This document shows, one piece after another, positions 1 to 13,219 of a stretch of 64,000 nucleotides of DNA. Both the position numbers and the translations under genes were made by a program. The notes under the pieces were generated by a model. The model was not told the DNA's origin and searched no databases. It was given only the letters and a program-made list of their open reading frames with translations. The DNA lies in contig OZ024748.1 of the NCBI GenBank assembly GCA_964016885.1, positions 22,692,001 through 22,756,000 of the forward strand, written 5' to 3'. Within the stretch, counting starts at the first letter, position 1. Each line of letters begins with the position of its first letter. This DNA is from Eledone cirrhosa. Lineage: Eukaryota.

Positions 1-844
1 AAAGAAACCATTGATCGTGTTCATCACATGGTGATGGATGATAGGCAATTGACTATAAATCGAGAAAGTTGAGAGTATCCTGCACAATGAACTTGGCATG
101 ACGAAGGTTTCTGCTCGGTGAATACCACGTCTTCTGATACCTGATCAAAAGTGTACCAGGCTGATTACATCTGACATTGTTTGAAGTAGATCCAGCTGGT
201 TTCCTTGAATGTTTTCTAACCCAAGATGAGTGTTGGGTTCATCACGTTGAGCCAGAGACAATCTATGTAGTGGAAACACCCCTCCTCATCTGCTCCAAAA
301 AAGGCCAAGGTCGTTTTATCTGTAAGGAAGGTGATGGCTTCAGTTTTTTGGGATGCAAAAGGCATTGTGTTTATTAACTATCTTCAAAAGGGCCACACCT
401 TCAATGGAATGTTCTATGCCAACTTGCTGAGGCAGTTACGAAAGGCAATCAAGACTGATGAAAGGGGTTTTGTTACATCAGGAGAATGCTCAAGTACACA
501 CATCCTTGGTTTCAATGGCTGCTATGTGTGACTGCGGCTTTGAACTGGTTGATCACCACCTCTATTCTCCTGATTTGGCCCCATCTGGTTATCATATGTT
601 TCCCAATATGAAAAAAACACTTGGCTGGGAGCCAGTATCACAGTGATAATGATATCATGTCTGCTGTTGATGACTTTTTTCACCAACAGGGTGAAAGCTT
701 CTTCACCAATGTGATCCAAGCACTGCAACACTGATAGAAGAAGTGTATGAACCTCAAGGGAGACTATGTTGAAAAATAAACCTCATTTGGTCACATTTCA
801 TAAGAGTATCTTAGTCGGCCTATGAACGTTTTAGCTGACCCTCG
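1..844 (+). mobile_element. Degenerate Tc1/mariner transposon, 3' part with right terminus
   Basis: Frameshifted transposase motifs FLTQDECWVHH, MASVFWDAKG, LLHQENAQVH and YSPDLAPSGYHMF. Ends ...gctgaccctcg followed by TA at 845-846. Confidence 0.9.
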
Positions 845-1084
845 TAGTTAAACCTTCCATTTGCTATTTCCAAATACGTTATTCAAGTAAAAAATTTACA
901 GCCATCACTCACAATTGAGTATGACTTGGTAATGTGTACAATGCCTAAGGGTTTTAGGTGTCAATGCAATTGCAAGCAAACACACACTATTGACTCTCCC
1001 TCTCTGGATCCAATAGAGCATCCAGGATGTGCCAGCTGGAAGGAGAGAAGACTATGTACCCCATGCAGTCACAAGCAAACAAGG

Positions 1085-1260
1085 GGCAGTCAATTATATC
1101 AACCCCAGTACTTGACTGGTACTTTATTTTATTGATCCCAGAAGAATACAAAGCAAAGTTGACCAAGGCAGGATTTGAACTCAGAATGTAAAGGACTGCA
1201 ACTAAATGCTGCAAATCATTTTGCTCCAGGCTCTCGTGATTCTACTAATCCACAGCCTTC
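1085..1260 (-). mobile_element. tRNA-derived SINE family 1, degenerate copy
   Basis: Reverse complement of the gagttcaaatc...aactttgc...aataaaataaagtaccag core seen in many copies in this window. Confidence 0.7.
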
Positions 1261-1398
1261 CAATATAATAATAAAACAAGGCTTCATTTAATTCTTACAG
1301 AAAAACTGACAAATATTAATTTCTAAAGTCCAAATTCTTGTGAAGAATTAGTAAGTTTTCAAAATTTGTTTTTAAAAAAATGTTTTTTAATATCTTAC

Positions 1399-1448
1399 CT
1401 ATATTTAGCAACAATCGCATAGACTTGCTTTTCTAATGCTGCAACCTC
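1399..1448 (-). CDS. AGPS: Alkylglycerone-phosphate synthase exon 14 (gene continues beyond window start)
   Basis: aag|EVAALEKQVYAIVAKY|gtaag; matches the AGPS EKQVYDIAAKF region; phase consistent with exon 13. Confidence 0.85.
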
Positions 1449-1547
1449 CTTTTAAATAAAAAAAATTAAAATAGATTGAAATATAGTAAGAAGAAAATAA
1501 GGATTTTTATTTTTTTTAAGCAGCTTAACTCTTAACATCTTATACTG

Positions 1548-1796
1548 CATGAAACTGCATTAGCAAGACATTCTTGGAAAGTACACTATGATTGCATCAT
1601 ATTAAACATTAAAGTCTTTGTTTAGTGGAAATTTTCACAAAGATTTGTCCATTAATAAAGATACTATAAACATTTAATAGGGTCAATCACAGGTTAACTC
1701 AAAGTCCTGTGCTACATGAAACCACATTAACAAGACATTCTTGGAAAGCAGAAAATACTACTATGACTGCATCACATTAGAAATTATAGTCTTTAT
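1548..1796. repeat. Imperfect direct duplication within AGPS intron 13
   Basis: catgaaac..cattaRcaagacattcttggaaag...ctatgaYtgcatca...agtcttt occurs at ~1548 and ~1716. Confidence 0.7.
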
Positions 1797-1859
1797 TTTA
1801 GTTTATGACAACAATCTGTCCGCAAAACACAAAATAAAGAACGACAAACAGAAATTTTA

Positions 1860-2045
<186 letters not shown>

Positions 2046-2169
2046 TTACTCAGGAAAAGATGGTCACAGTGATTGTTTCCTAGAACACAATTTTCACCAT
2101 AAATATTTTATTCATTCATCATCAATGTTTTAATGTCCTTTATTTCATGATGGTGCATGTTGGACATGA

Positions 2170-2500
2170 CTTAGTTAGTAGTCAGGATGTTTGGCTTGCG
2201 ATTATAAGGTCATGAATTTGTTTCCTGGCAGAGTGTTGTGTCCTTGAGCAAGCCACTTTATTTCATGTTGCTCCAGTCCACTCAGCTGCTAAAGACAAGT
2301 TGTACCTGTAATTCAAAGGACTACACTTGGTCACATATTGTGTCATGCTCAGTCACTTAGACAATAATTTCACAAACAGACTGTTCCATTGATATCAAAT
2401 GACTGTATTTTCTGTAAAGTGATTTGTAACAGGAAGGGCATCCAGATGCCAAACAAAGAGTCAGGAGGATTCTTCAGCTGTGTCAAGGACATGGCAAATT
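2170..2500 (+). mobile_element. tRNA-derived SINE family 2 (CORE-like body)
   Basis: gtgttgtgtccttgagcaag...tttatttcatgttgctccagtccactcagctg motif shared with copies at ~14.5, 15.6, 22.1 and 57.6 kb. Confidence 0.7.
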
Positions 2501-2685
2501 CGTTAGTGTTGATACCACAATAAAATGCACTTGATAGAATGAAAAATTGAAAGTCTGGCTCCTTGCTCACCTGGAGGTCAGTGATGACATATCCAAGCTT
2601 TGCTCGCAGGGAAAATGAATATTAAACAATGATGATGATTAACATGTCAGAAACAGGTATCTAATTTTATATATGTTACACTTAC

Positions 2686-2737
2686 CCAGTTGGAACTGTT
2701 CATTGTCCATCAAGCGAATTGAAGCTGGGGCACATCT
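2686..2737 (-). CDS. AGPS: AGPS exon 12
   Basis: RCAPASIRLMDNEQFQLG, cag/gtaag, 52 nt. Confidence 0.93.
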
Positions 2738-2789
2738 CTGAAAAAGTGAGAGATTCCTTCAGAGAATTCCAAACTAACCTTTTGTTGTC

Positions 2790-3640
2790 AACAGTGGGAG
2801 TAGCTCTCTAAACTTCTTCCATCCTATTTTTATTCTAGATATTATGCTCTCAGAACACCCTCTTCCTCTGCAGATTAAGTCACCTAGATAATAGAAGCTG
2901 TTAACAACTTCTATGAACCTTTCCTGTGACTTGAAGAGGTTTATATCACTGCCGCTCTTCCCTTTGATTACACCTGTGCATCTACATACAAAGTCTTCCC
3001 TTCATGTCAGTCTACCCACTATCCCACTACATCTCTTGTGTAGCTAAGATTTACATTGTCTGCATATGGAGCAGTGTCACTTCCCTGAAGAGATCAGAGA
3101 CTTATCTTTTTTCCTACTCACTAGCAATTTAGTTTTGGCTAAGTTTACTCTCAGACCCTTTGATTCCAAATTCCGTTTCCAAAGTTGGAACTTATTTTCT
3201 AGTTCTTTTATGGATTCAACTATAAGGGCCAAATCATCTGCAAAGAGAAGTTTCCATGGACAGCCAGTTTTAAATTTCTCTTATGGCCTGGAGAACTATG
3301 GTGAATAACAGTTGGCTAAGAACCAAACCTTGATGAACTCCTATCTGTACCTTGAATTCCTTACTAAACTCATTCTCACTTTACAAAGGTGTTCTCTAGA
3401 TGCGCTATAACTTGGTCCATTAGTTTTATTCCTCCATAGTTGCTCCTTTTTAGAGCATCACCTTTGCCCTTGTAACAATTTATGATTGTACTGCTGCACC
3501 AGTCATTCGGTATGACTGTCATGTATTACTTGATTTACTACATGGATCACTACTTTGACTCCTACTTTTCCCAATGCTTTTAGCATCTCAGCAACTATTT
3601 CTGATGGTCCCCCAGCTTTACTATTCTTCATCTCTCTCTT
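2790..3640 (-). mobile_element. Degenerate RTE-type LINE reverse-transcriptase fragment
   Basis: Minus strand reads GCPWKLLFADDLAL...ESKGLRVNLAKTK-like remnants, homologous to the 23.5-24.9 kb element. Confidence 0.75.
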
Positions 3641-3789
3641 AAGGGAAAAATGCTGTGTGATTGCTTGATGACGATTCGATTGAGGGAGTTCTCACACATG
3701 GCTACTCTAGCCACTCCACTACTATGTGTAGCATTAACATGATAGTGTTAGCCCTGTATACACAATTATTGGAAATCCTATTTATTCTT

Positions 3790-4010
3790 GTCAGAGGATG
3801 TAGGGGAGATGAAGGCGGCTGTGACAAGCATGCTGGACACCTTCATTTTGGAGGACTACAAGGGGAGGAGGCCTTCCAGAAGTGACTGGAGCACTACAAC
3901 AAGTGCATTGAAGTTGGAGGATCCTACTTTGAAAGAGACCAGTTTTGTGTTGATCTGAGTTAAATAAATATCTCTGATAAAAGTCTTAAAACCTCTTGAG
4001 TGTATCTCGT
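3790..4010 (+). mobile_element. Mariner transposase C-terminal remnant and right end
   Basis: EEAFQK*LEHYNKCIEVGGSYFE matches the mariner C-terminal CIxxxGxYFE motif; ends ...atctcg. Confidence 0.65.
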
Positions 4011-5665
4011 GAAAATAAAGATAAAGTGAAAACTATACGATGCGTGTGTTTCTTTCTATTGGCAATATTAGCAACATGACCATCCCCAAATATAGCACTA
4101 TAGGTTTCAACACATGATTTCACATTAAGAATCTTTCAGAACAACTATATAATATCCTCATCATCATCATTTTAACATCCGCTTTCCCTACTAGAAAGGG
4201 TTGGATGAGTCTACATAGACCAAGTCAGTACTGAAGTGGTGGTTACTGATCTCTCAGACAAGCCAGGGATCTGATGTTTCACTTATGTACAGGCGAGCAC
4301 AGGGGAGGTTGTCATGTCTTTGACACAACTGAGGGTCCTCCCAACCCTTTGTTTGGCAAGCTTTCTACGGCTGGATGCCCTTCCTATCACCAACATTATA
4401 GAATGTACTGAGTGTGTTTATCGTGTAGATCACCAACACTAAGGAGGTTGTCATGCATTGGTATGACTGAATGGTCCTCCAGACGCTTTGTTTGGCAAGT
4501 TTTCTATGGCTGAATGCCCTTCCTATCACCAACCTCTTTACAGTGTAAATTCTCAATTTTTCTCTGTGTTATATATTTATATATATATTTGTATATATAT
4601 ATAGTGGTAAGTGGTAATAACTTGATAGAAATATCTATGGCTTTGTTGTAGTACTGGCCTTAATAATTATATGAATAAAAAGTAAAAGTGAAAAAGCACA
4701 TAGTGATGAGGTGCCATGAGCGCATACTGGCAGGATTGGAATCCCCTTCCAATCCCCTATCCCCTTACAAAGTGTACTGGGTACCAGCACTAGAGAGGCT
4801 GTCGTTTTGTGACAGAAGGGTCCTCTTAATTCTTTTAGACATGGCTACTATGGCTGGAAGCCCTTAACACCAATCATTTTACAGAGTGCACTGTGTCCGT
4901 TTCATCATGGCACCGGTACTATGGAGCTTTCTGTCACTGATTCAGCTGAAGACCTCTCTCTATTTTTTGATGGTGGAGAGGAGCAGGATGTGGGAGGTAA
5001 GAAGGATAAGTATGATGTCCTGGGTGACAATAGGTGGAGTAGGGGAAAGGAGGGGGGGGGGGGGGGCTTAATAAGGAATATAAAAATGACTTCATGGGTA
5101 ATAGTATTTGAGATATATTTCGATACAATACAAATCGTAAAAATTAAAACAATATAACACCAGAGTACAACACATCATATTAAAGTATAACACTTAACAG
5201 AAGTAATAAAAGCATCTTGATATTTTGGATGTTAGTCCTTCATCGGAAATGAAAACATAGAAAGAAGAATTAACTCATCCCAAATGTAAAGATACAAAAT
5301 ATAGAAACTAATGAACAGGATTGGTCACTACAACTCATTTGGTCTCAGACCATGACAGCCTGTCCAACCCATGCGTGAATTTTTTTGTGTAGCTCACCAA
5401 TGCTAGAGAGGTTCTTGTGCTCTTGACACAACTGAAAATCCTCTCAACCCTTTTTTGACATGGTTTCTACAGCTGAAAGGCCTTCCTAACACCAGCACTA
5501 TCAAAGTTGTTGGTCATAGACTTAACTCAAGGGCCCTCTCTACCTAATGGGGGAGATATTGTAGAGTGGGATAGGATGAAAGAGATAAGAAGGATGATAA
5601 GTATTTCGTGGGTGACAAAAGGTGAAACTTATTAGAGATCTGAAATTAAAATGGTCTGAAACTCA

Positions 5666-5806
<141 letters not shown>

Positions 5807-6355
5807 TTAAAGAGTTAAAAAAAGATACATGTATATTTTATACAACTTGGAAGAAAAGATTTGCTCAGTCTTTCTTTGGTTTTATGTTAAACAATAACAA
5901 GCGTTTTAAGGTATGATTACAGCTTAAAATACTCACATATGTATGTTTATTATATAGTATTGTATAAGGGTACATATATGCTGTGTTAGTGCTGTTCTGA
6001 ATTACTGTTAGTAACCCTCATCATAATTTTTTGACTCCTTTCCATACTGGCATGTGTTGGATGGGTTGTTATAGTCCAAGACCAGACTGAGATCAACTCA
6101 TCTTGCTCATACATTCCATATTTGGCAGTTTCTATAGCATGATGCCCTTCCTAATGCCAACCACATTACAAGGCGTATTATATTTTTTTCATGGCATCAC
6201 TTCAGAATGTACTGGATGCATCTTAATATGACAGCTACACTAGAAAGGTTATCACATGCTCGTCTAGACAGAAGGGTCCACTCAAACCCTATATCATCTC
6301 TGTTCAATCACCTACACTGTAGCCCTCAATTTGGTAATTATTTTAATGAAATTTA

Positions 6356-6523
<168 letters not shown>

Positions 6524-6621
6524 TCAAAACATTAAATACATTCATGACAATATTTCTAATGAAATATACTCTATTTCAATTAATTAATAAAGAATTTTGA
6601 AAAATTTACTAAAATTATATT

Positions 6622-6960
6622 CAGTGTACCTGACATTCGCAGTCCCGGCATTCGTGATCCCGGTTATTCGCACAATTTTCCTTAGAACCTAACTAATAAT
6701 TGTTCGTGCAAAATACCATATATTCACAGAATCGTAAATATCTTCCACAATTTTTGGGGGGCTTTTTTGTGACAATATATATTTTTTAATGCTAAATTAT
6801 TAATAACAATATACCATATTTGCTCCCTCTTTTTTTTTTATTATATTTTACATTTATTTTGACTTTTATAGGCGTTTTTATGGACTACGTCCAATATTCA
6901 CGGTTTTTCACTCTTTGTGGGTGCTCTAGTAACGTAATCCTCGCGAATACCAGGGGACAA

Positions 6961-6963
<3 letters not shown>
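6622..6963. mobile_element. MITE with imperfect terminal inverted repeats (Tc1/pogo-like)
   Basis: cagtgtacctgacattcgc ... gcgaataccaggggacaactg; followed by a (TA)n run. Confidence 0.55.
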
Positions 6964-7011
<48 letters not shown>

Positions 7012-7309
7012 AGAGTTGTTTATTGATTGATTGGTGTCTTCGCATATCATCCTTAAACGAAAACTGACAATCGAAAAGTAAATACACAATTTGGAATAAG
7101 GATATACCCAGGAAAGTTTATCGATACTCATTTTATCAAATCAAAGAAGAAAACCATCCCAGGTATGTTAACCAACCCGAGTGCTATTTCTATCAGGCTG
7201 AGAGACAACCATAAGGGACTCTCTCTGCATTGACAGCGATGCTTGTATTTGGCGGCCAGCATCTCCATGGATTCGAACGCTGGTTTACACACACAAATTT
7301 ATATAATTA

Positions 7310-7880
7310 TCTATATCTATATAGAATATAAAATACTGGAACTCCCATCATCCTTTTGAAAAGCTTGGACCAACCACATCTATGTGATGATACACGCTTA
7401 ACAGTGAGGTGGATGATGAACCATCTCCTAGAGGTCACTATTTTTGGAAGCAATCATCAAGGAGAAAATGTATTTATTCCCAAGATTCCTCTTATCCCTT
7501 CCTCTATCAAGCTGTCGTTCAAATTCTCAAGACTTCAGTTCCCCGTTAGAGCCAGTTTTGCTATGGCCTTAAATAAAGCTCAATGTCTGAGTCTCAAAGT
7601 TGTAGGATTGAATGTTGGATTTTTACCCATGGATAATTATATGTAGGTTGTTTACGAGTGGGAACACCTAAAAATCTTCATATACTATGCATGAATGGTA
7701 AAACGAAGAATCTGATGTTTCTGAAAGATTTTTAACTGTTTTCTTTTTTGTCAGACACACACACACATCACGGTCTCACCTCATACTGTAAACCAGACAA
7801 ACATACAATACAGTCACTTCCTCTTCTACCTGTCTTCTGTTATCATGTTTACCCAGTTGAAGCTGGGGTACCTTAGCTAG
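7310..7880 (+). mobile_element. Non-autonomous Helitron carrying a PIF1-helicase fragment
   Basis: 5' TC end (tctatatctatatagaatataaaa). ORF 7356-7646 contains RLQFPVRASFAMALNKAQCLSL (Helitron helicase motif). 3' hairpin tacccag..ctggggta then CTAG at 7877-7880. Confidence 0.85.
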
Positions 7881-8481
7881 TATAATAACCCTTTTGTTAC
7901 CATAGTAATTTTGTTGCTGAATTAATTCATGAATAATTTGGAGGGATTTATTAAAATTATTATCTTGTTATTAATATGTTATTTGTAACATAATTCAATT
8001 GTTAATTATTTCATTACTAAGATAGTAAATTAACACATGATTCTTATATAAAATTATGTTATAATAATAATGAAATTATTGTGTAAAGTGCTCAGGTGCA
8101 CTACAACTCGTCAAAGGTGCATGTATAGTACAGAGAATAATATACAAATGTCAGGGGAGTGAATAGTGTATGAGTCATGATATACATGTGTGTATGTGTA
8201 TGGAGGGGGAATATTAGGTGTAGTGTTGGCGAATCTCAGGAAGCATGGAGGTTTTAAAGGATGCAGTGTCTCGACAGCTAACAAGTGATGCAGGTAGATT
8301 TAAATATAAGTAGGTACTTTTTAAAATGAGTAGTTTTGTTTCATAGAACAAGAGCCAGTTTTGACCAGGGTGGTATCAAAGCAGTTTAGGTTTTTTAGAT
8401 CAAATCTTCAATGCAAAATTAAAGTATTACATGTATAAAATAAATTATTAAAAATATATATATACTATTATTATTATCATT

Positions 8482-8862
8482 GGTGGATTGGCAGTATTTT
8501 AATGTCAGACACGATGCTTTGCAGCATAGAGTTATGGCCCTTTGCGTTCTGAGTTCAATAAAGCACCAGTAATGCACTGGGGTAATTGCTGGCCTTCTAC
8601 CAAAAGTAGAAACAATTATTATTATTATTCCCATTTTAGCGTGGAAAAATGGTGATGACAACGATGATGATCATTATTTATCAGTGGAGGGTCGAACGCC
8701 ATGCTTTGCAGCATAGAGTTACGGCCCTTATGATCTGAGTTCAAATCCCACCGCGGTTAACTTTGCCTTTCATCCTTACAGGGTCAATAAAATAAAGTAC
8801 CAGTAATATACTGAGATAATTGCTGGCCTTGTGCCAAAAGTAGAAACAATTATTATTATTAT
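8482..8862 (+). mobile_element. Two adjacent SINE family 1 copies
   Basis: A-box-like tggcagta, B-box gttcaa, 3' ccaaaagtagaaacaattattatt tail, present twice. Confidence 0.8.
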
Positions 8863-8979
8863 TACAGATTGAGAATTCTCTGGAAGCCATGTCTAAGGAA
8901 TCTGCCCCCATGACTCTTTCGAGAAAAAGAGTATTCTCTGTGTGTGTGTGTGTCTGTGTCTGTGTGTATGCCATAACTA

Positions 8980-9365
<386 letters not shown>

Positions 9366-9500
9366 CATTTAAACATTCAACTCTCATTGTTGAAAGAGAG
9401 AGATGTACGTTCCATTCTATTATTTGACATTAATGTACTCAATACAAATAGGTGGGATTTCATAGATTTGTATCATGATAGTGTGGAAAGTGGACATTAA

Positions 9501-9703
9501 CCCTTTAGCAGTTACATTACTCTATATATACTATTTTCGTGGTAAAGGCTTTATCTCACATAATATTGAATCTATGAGATTTTGATGTCATTTATGTTGA
9601 GAACAATAACTTAACATAAGTATGAGCAACCGATTATGGCCGGTTTAAACAGAAAGAGGTGAGAGAATTCTAGTCGGATATGGCCGGTTTAAATGCTAAA
9701 GGG
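9501..9703 (+). mobile_element. piggyBac-type MITE (TTAA TSD, CCC...GGG ends)
   Basis: ttaa|ccctttagca ... tgctaaaggg|ttaa. Confidence 0.85.
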
Positions 9704-10063
9704 TTAATGATGATGATGATAGCATGGAAAGTGGACGTTAAATGATGATGATGATAGCGTGGAAAGTGGACGTTAAACGATGATGATGATTGTTGGATTA
9801 ATGGGTGTCTTTACTTACTATCAACTTTTTAAGTGTGAAATAGAAGTGGAATAATCAGCTGGTTAATCAAGAAAACTGAGGCAAATACATATCATGTAAA
9901 GTGCAGAATAATAAAGTCTTTCTGAAGACTGTCCATCAGCTTCACATAAATTATTTGTTGAATATTTCATTTTGAAAATATGCTATTCATTTGAAAGTTG
10001 GTGAAAGAGCAAAAGTATTTAGAAGTGAAAGAGTTCATTAAAATAGTTTCTAAGTCAACTTAC

Positions 10064-10144
10064 TCTTCTTTCCAAATCTTGTCCAACAATACCACTCTCA
10101 GCACATACTGTCAAATTCTCCTCATCAATCCACAAAATTTTATT
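10064..10144 (-). CDS. AGPS: AGPS exon 8
   Basis: NKILWIDEENLTVCAESGIVGQDLERR, tag/gtaagt, 81 nt. Confidence 0.95.
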
Positions 10145-10578
10145 CTACAAAAAACAAGTGAAAAATGGTAGAAATATATGTACTTAACCCTTTCATTACC
10201 ATATTTCTAATGTATTTCAAATAATTTTGAAAATAAAAGAAATTAGGTATTCATATTTATCTAAAAAAAACTTCCATCATAATTGTACATAAGGAACCTT
10301 TATTAAGTTATGTTCCAAACACAAACTAACTAATAAGCAAGTTAATTACATTATTAAATCACTCCAAATTCTAGATTATTTCCAACATTAATTGAAAATC
10401 ATACATTAGGAATGTGGTAATGAAAGGATTAAAAGATGTCACAAACTGGACTTAACTGCAGGCTTAGATGATTTGAAATCCTAACCGAAACCCACAAAAG
10501 TACATTAAATGATATCTAGCAAAGTTTAACATTATAGCAAAGCCAAACAGAAGAATACAGTAATATGGAATGTCTTAC

Positions 10579-10658
10579 CATTCTTGATGTATCAACAGAG
10601 ATAATGACTCGTTTCTCAGAAGCAGGACATTCTAGAGCCCCGGAAACACTAGTACCAC
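10579..10658 (-). CDS. AGPS: AGPS exon 7
   Basis: GGTSVSGALECPASEKRVIISVDTSRM, tag/gtaag, 80 nt. Confidence 0.95.
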
Positions 10659-11543
10659 CTAAACAAAGAAATGAAACAATACACATAAAGCTCTTAGATT
10701 AAAATTGTCATGAAAATTAAAACATTCACTATACTGAAATTAATATTTCATCATCACCATTCTATATCTGCTTTCCTATGCTTGCATGGGTTGGACGGGT
10801 CTTTTCAAGCACAACTTACCCTCCATTTGTTGCATTTCCTTCATCATCTCCTCTGTAAGGTTCAATAATTTGAGATCAGCTCTCACCACCTCTATCCAGG
10901 TGTTCCTCTATGGCAATTTCCTGGCACTTCTTTATATCTAAAATATATATTGTCTACTATGGGCATGTAGTTAGAATGCTTTAGGAAAGAAACGCTGGAC
11001 AGATTTTATGAGCAAAACCAACCGGCAAAAGACCCAGGGGTAGACCCTGAGCAAGCTGGTTGGATAGCATCCATGAGCTTGGCTGGTCACACTTGGGGAT
11101 CCAGCCAGATCAGTTGGAGATGGTTGCTTCTGACAGGACCTGCTGGAAGGAGTGTTTGAGGACTCTGCCCCGATGACTCTCTCAGGAATAAGTGGGCAAA
11201 GAAGATATTGTCTAAGCAGAATTGTCTTGTAGTTTTATGCCATTGTATAAAAGTATATTGAGTCTATAACAGAAGATATATGTTTATAGAAGATTTATGT
11301 CCAATGAATTAGATAATTCATTTGTGGATGGTGGATTATACAAGGCAGAATTGTCTTGCTTTGATAGCAAAAGCCAAGAAAATACCTTTCTCCCAATATT
11401 AATGTCTATATTTATGAGATTCTTTTTTATGCATTGTTTTATGGCCAGATGTCCTTCCTGGTGCCAACTCTTAGTTGCCTCCAACAACAGGCAGAGTATG
11501 GTAAACCTATTCAAAACCAGATACATAGGGAAGACAGGCTTAA

Positions 11544-11739
11544 CCCTTTAGCATTTAAACCGGCCATATCCGGCCAGAATTTTCTCTTTCTATTCAAACC
11601 AGCTGTAACTGGCCATCATACTGTTAAGGTATTGTTCTCAAAATAAATATCAAAATCTCATAGATTCGATATTATGTGAGATAAAGCCTTTACCATGAAA
11701 ATATAATAGTAAATATAGAGTAATGTAAATGCTAAAGGG
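11544..11739 (-). mobile_element. piggyBac-type MITE, second copy in opposite orientation
   Basis: ttaa|ccctttagca...tgctaaaggg|ttaa; internal sequence is the reverse complement of the 9501-9703 copy. Confidence 0.85.
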
Positions 11740-11834
11740 TTAAAATGCTTATTGTTATTGCTAATATTGTCTAGAATGGGTGATAGAAGAGGAATATAAG
11801 AGAACAGATATATTGAATTATAGTGTAATCCTAC

Positions 11835-11906
11835 CTCCAAATGGAATAATCATCACTTTGTGTTGACAAGCCAGATCCACTATTTTGATAACATCCGCAT
11901 GGCAAG
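11835..11906 (-). CDS. AGPS: AGPS exon 6
   Basis: TCHADVIKIVDLACQHKVMIIPFGG, cag/gtagg, 72 nt. Confidence 0.95.
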
Positions 11907-12507
11907 CTGGAAAAAAACAAAAAAACAAACTAATTTAACCTTTTTAAACTCAAAAATTACCATTATCATCATCACCACTACTATTTAATATCTCTTTTCC
12001 ATTCTTGCATTGGTTAGACAGGTTGGCACGCTATGATGTCAGATAGGTCAGGTGACCACATCTTGTTCATACTCTCCATTTCTGGTTTGGTTTTCTATGG
12101 CCAGGGTACTTTTTCTTATAGTACCAGTATGACCACTTTACAGTTGAAATGGGTGCTTTTGTGTGGTACCAACACTATCAGCTTAGAAGGTGGACAGGGT
12201 GCTTTTTGTCATGGCACTAGCCCAACCCTCAGAGTGGACTAGGTGTGTTTTAGCATGTAAATATGAGACAGCAAGCATCAGACAACATGTTACTTGCTTG
12301 GAAGGGGCACTATACAGTGAGAGAGAAAACTATTGTGTGGGAGGTTTCTTGAAGAGAGTGGGTTGCACCGTGTTAGTAATGAGAAAAAGAGATTCTATCA
12401 AAACTGACAAACTATAAACTAAGATAATGAGCAACAAAATGTATGAAATAATTTGGGCATATAATACAATTCTTGAAAATTCACATAACTTGCCAACAGA
12501 CACAAAA

Positions 12508-12815
12508 ATAATAATTGTTTCTACTTTTGGCACAAGGCCAGCTATTACCCCAGTGTATTACTGGTACTTTATTTTATCGACCCAGTAAGGATGAAAGGCA
12601 AAGTTAACCTCGGCGGGATTTGAACACAAAAATAATAATTGTTTCTACTTTAGGCACAAGGCCAGCAATTATCCAGTGCATTACTGGTACTTTATTTTAT
12701 CGACCTCGTAAGGATGAAAGGCAAAGTCAACCTCGGCGGAATTTGAACTCAGATCGTAAAGGGACATAACTATGCTGGAAAGCATGGCGTCCGACCCTCT
12801 ACCGATACTGCCAAT
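12508..12815 (-). mobile_element. Two tandem SINE family 1 copies
   Basis: aataataattgtttctacttt...ggatgaaaggcaaagt.aacctcggcgg.atttgaac repeated twice. Confidence 0.85.
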
Positions 12816-12827
12816 GATATATATATA

Positions 12828-13219
12828 CTAGCTGGCCCCATGCCATCAAAAATGACAGCTAATTGTAATATCTATACATAATATAAAAAAAGTGATGTTT
12901 GTTTGTTGGTTGGTTCCTTCGCGCTCACTCACACAAGTGATACAAACACACAGCTGTGACAAATCTTAGAATGCTGGACTTCTATAGTTTCTCACCTGCC
13001 TTCCTTCCTCAGTCATCACATAGATGTGTGTATATTAGACACCCCTTCCTTCCTCAGTCGACGTTATCACCCCTTCCTTACTCAGTCAACGTTATCACCC
13101 CTCCTTTCGTCAGTCGACATTATCACCCCTTCTTTCCTCAGTCGATGTGATCGCCCCTTTCTTTCTCAGTCATCTCTAGTGTGCGACGGACAAATACACT
13201 AAGCTATTATATTAGTAGA
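12828..13219 (-). mobile_element. Probable non-autonomous Helitron with internal 28-nt tandem array
   Basis: Minus strand starts TC (tctactaataatatag) and ends CTAG between A/T. About 5 copies of accccttccttcctcagtcgacgttatc at ~13041-13175. Confidence 0.55.

Noticed and set aside
5215-5250. Hammerhead-like motif on the minus strand (CCGATGA-agga..tcc-AAAA-ta-TC)
   Set aside because: Two core positions are mutated and stem I is weak; at best a dead relic.
13041-13175. 28-nt repeat array resembling CRISPR
   Set aside because: Head-to-tail units without unique spacers, no cas genes, eukaryotic context, and located inside a Helitron-like element.
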